From positions 558,001 through 622,000 of the forward strand of contig CP060757.1 in NCBI GenBank assembly GCA_023205875.1: DNA of 64,000 bases, in the 5' to 3' direction. Positions 62,881 to 64,000 of the stretch are shown here, piece by piece. The notes under the pieces are model-generated. The model made no database searches. It saw only the letters and a list, made by a program, of their open reading frames with translations, and had not been told where the DNA came from. Source of the DNA: Chloropicon primus. Taxonomy: Eukaryota. How positions within the stretch are numbered: position 1 is the stretch's first letter; each line of letters opens with the position of its first letter. A program made the position numbers and the translations under genes.

Positions 62881-64000
62881 TCAAAGACTGGCGTTATTGC
62901 GTGCGAGGTTCACCACCACCTTTCCCTGAGATCGTCCCGAGTGCAGGTGCTCGACTGCTCCCACAACAGACTCAAGGCCCTCAAAGTTCGTTGGGTCCAT
63001 CGCAACTTTCAGCTGACCCGACTGGTACAAACTGACCAAATTTTGCAAGTGACGAGAAAACCTTTTTGCGTGGTGCAGCAAGAAGAAGCCCTCAACGCTC
63101 CCAGATTTCCAAAGGAGCTTCTCGTTCACGCCCTTGTGCATGCTTGGCTTCCACCCGGTCGTGTAATTCCCCCCGCCGATCTGGCCAATCACCAGAAGTT
63201 TCCCACCTATTGCGAGGTTGTTGACAGCGTTTTCGAACATTTGCCCACCCACGCCGTCGTAGACCAAGTCCACCCCTCGCTTGTACTCCCGCCTGAGAAC
63301 CTTTCCCAGGTCCTCCCTCTGCGGCCCCTTGTACTGCACGATTCGATCGGCTCCCAAGCTCCTCAGAAGATCGGCCTTTTCTGGCGTTCCGCACGTTGCT
63401 ATCACATGCTTGCCCGCGACCTTCGCCAGCTGGACAGCGAATTGGCCGGTTCCACCTGCTGCCGCCGTGACAAGCACGGTCTTCCTCCTCTTCATTCCCG
63501 CAACCTCCAATGCAATGCTTGCGGTCAAGCCACTCGTGAGCAAGGCGACCATTTCTCCAGAGGCCTCCGGTAACCTGATCAGGCGGGAGGCCTTCAGTAT
63601 TCCGTACTCCGAAAAGGCTCCATACTCCAAAGTGGCGACCGGGCTCCCCAACGGAGGAATCGCTGCACCCGCACCCCTTGCGACAACGACGCCAACACAC
63701 TCAAATCCGGCACCGAACGGAAGCATCTTCTCCGCTTTTTTCCCAAAGTACCTCCCCGCGCTGAAGTTGCTGTCGCTCGCATTGACCCCGCAGAAGAGCC
63801 TCCGCACGACAACGTGGCCATCCGGGACAACCTGTGGCATGGGCTCCATCACGATCCTCACCGCATCTCTGAACTGGTCCGAGAGCCTCACGACCTTCAA
63901 GGCGCGAAACGTCTTTGGGAGTCCCGCGATGGGCACGGAATGCTCGCTAGCGGTCGCAACTTCCGAGACCTTCGCCGGCGCAACGTAAGGGCTGAGCCTT
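62881..64000 (-). CDS. MDR-family NADPH oxidoreductase (PTGR3/ZADH2-like), 5'-partial
   Basis: GVNASD.NF..GRY, GFEC.G, LLTSGLTASIAL, VTAAAGGTGQFAVQLAK, GKVVV; frame open to the window edge. Confidence 0.9.
   Translation of the reverse strand, partial: RLSPYVAPAKVSEVATASEHSVPIAGLPKTFRALKVVRLSDQFRDAVRIVMEPMPQVVPDGHVVVRRLFCGVNASDSNFSAGRYFGKKAEKMLPFGAGFECVGVVVARGAGAAIPPLGSPVATLEYGAFSEYGILKASRLIRLPEASGEMVALLTSGLTASIALEVAGMKRRKTVLVTAAAGGTGQFAVQLAKVAGKHVIATCGTPEKADLLRSLGADRIVQYKGPQREDLGKVLRREYKRGVDLVYDGVGGQMFENAVNNLAIGGKLLVIGQIGGGNYTTGWKPSMHKGVNEKLLWKSGSVEGFFLLHHAKRFSRHLQNLVSLYQSGQLKVAMDPTNFEGLESVVGAVEHLHSGRSQGKVVVNLARNNASL

Overview
Gene-dense, GC-rich nuclear DNA from a compact-genome photosynthetic eukaryote, most likely a green picoalga. 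Chloropicon-like is my inference, based on plastid-targeted genes, few short GT-AG introns with CTRAC branch sites, TGTAA-type poly(A) signals and microsatellite-rich spacers. About 40 protein genes can be supported, including CCB1, RPC3, a triple-FAS1 protein, kinesin, CLC, MMAB, RlmI-like methyltransferase, stomatin-like, MIA40, a triple-CBM45 protein, CDIN1, VAMP7, EamA, OSCA/TMEM63-like, GH31, a bromodomain protein, CTP synthase, JmjC, DnaJ, SLC13, GSA, SufS, TPR-RING, GluRS, APC13, IFT56, a sulfotransferase, folC-like, WRN-type exonuclease and PTGR3-like. The standout is a tRNA-Lys(UUU) gene (1663-1852) split by two introns. One is a canonical 37/38 tRNA intron. The other is a 78-nt D-loop intron that looks like a spliceosomal mRNA intron (AG|GTACGT...ACTGAC...TAG|), implying a tRNA that may need both the spliceosome and the tRNA splicing endonuclease. 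Other oddities: a probable bicistronic APC13/PNPOx-like pair, an in-frame internally deleted duplicate of the sulfotransferase gene 10.4 kb away, a truncated virus-like HNH endonuclease relic, MIA40 with CDC instead of CPC, and a FAS1 protein with RRxLLQ putative processing sites. All calls are by eye; no searches were run.
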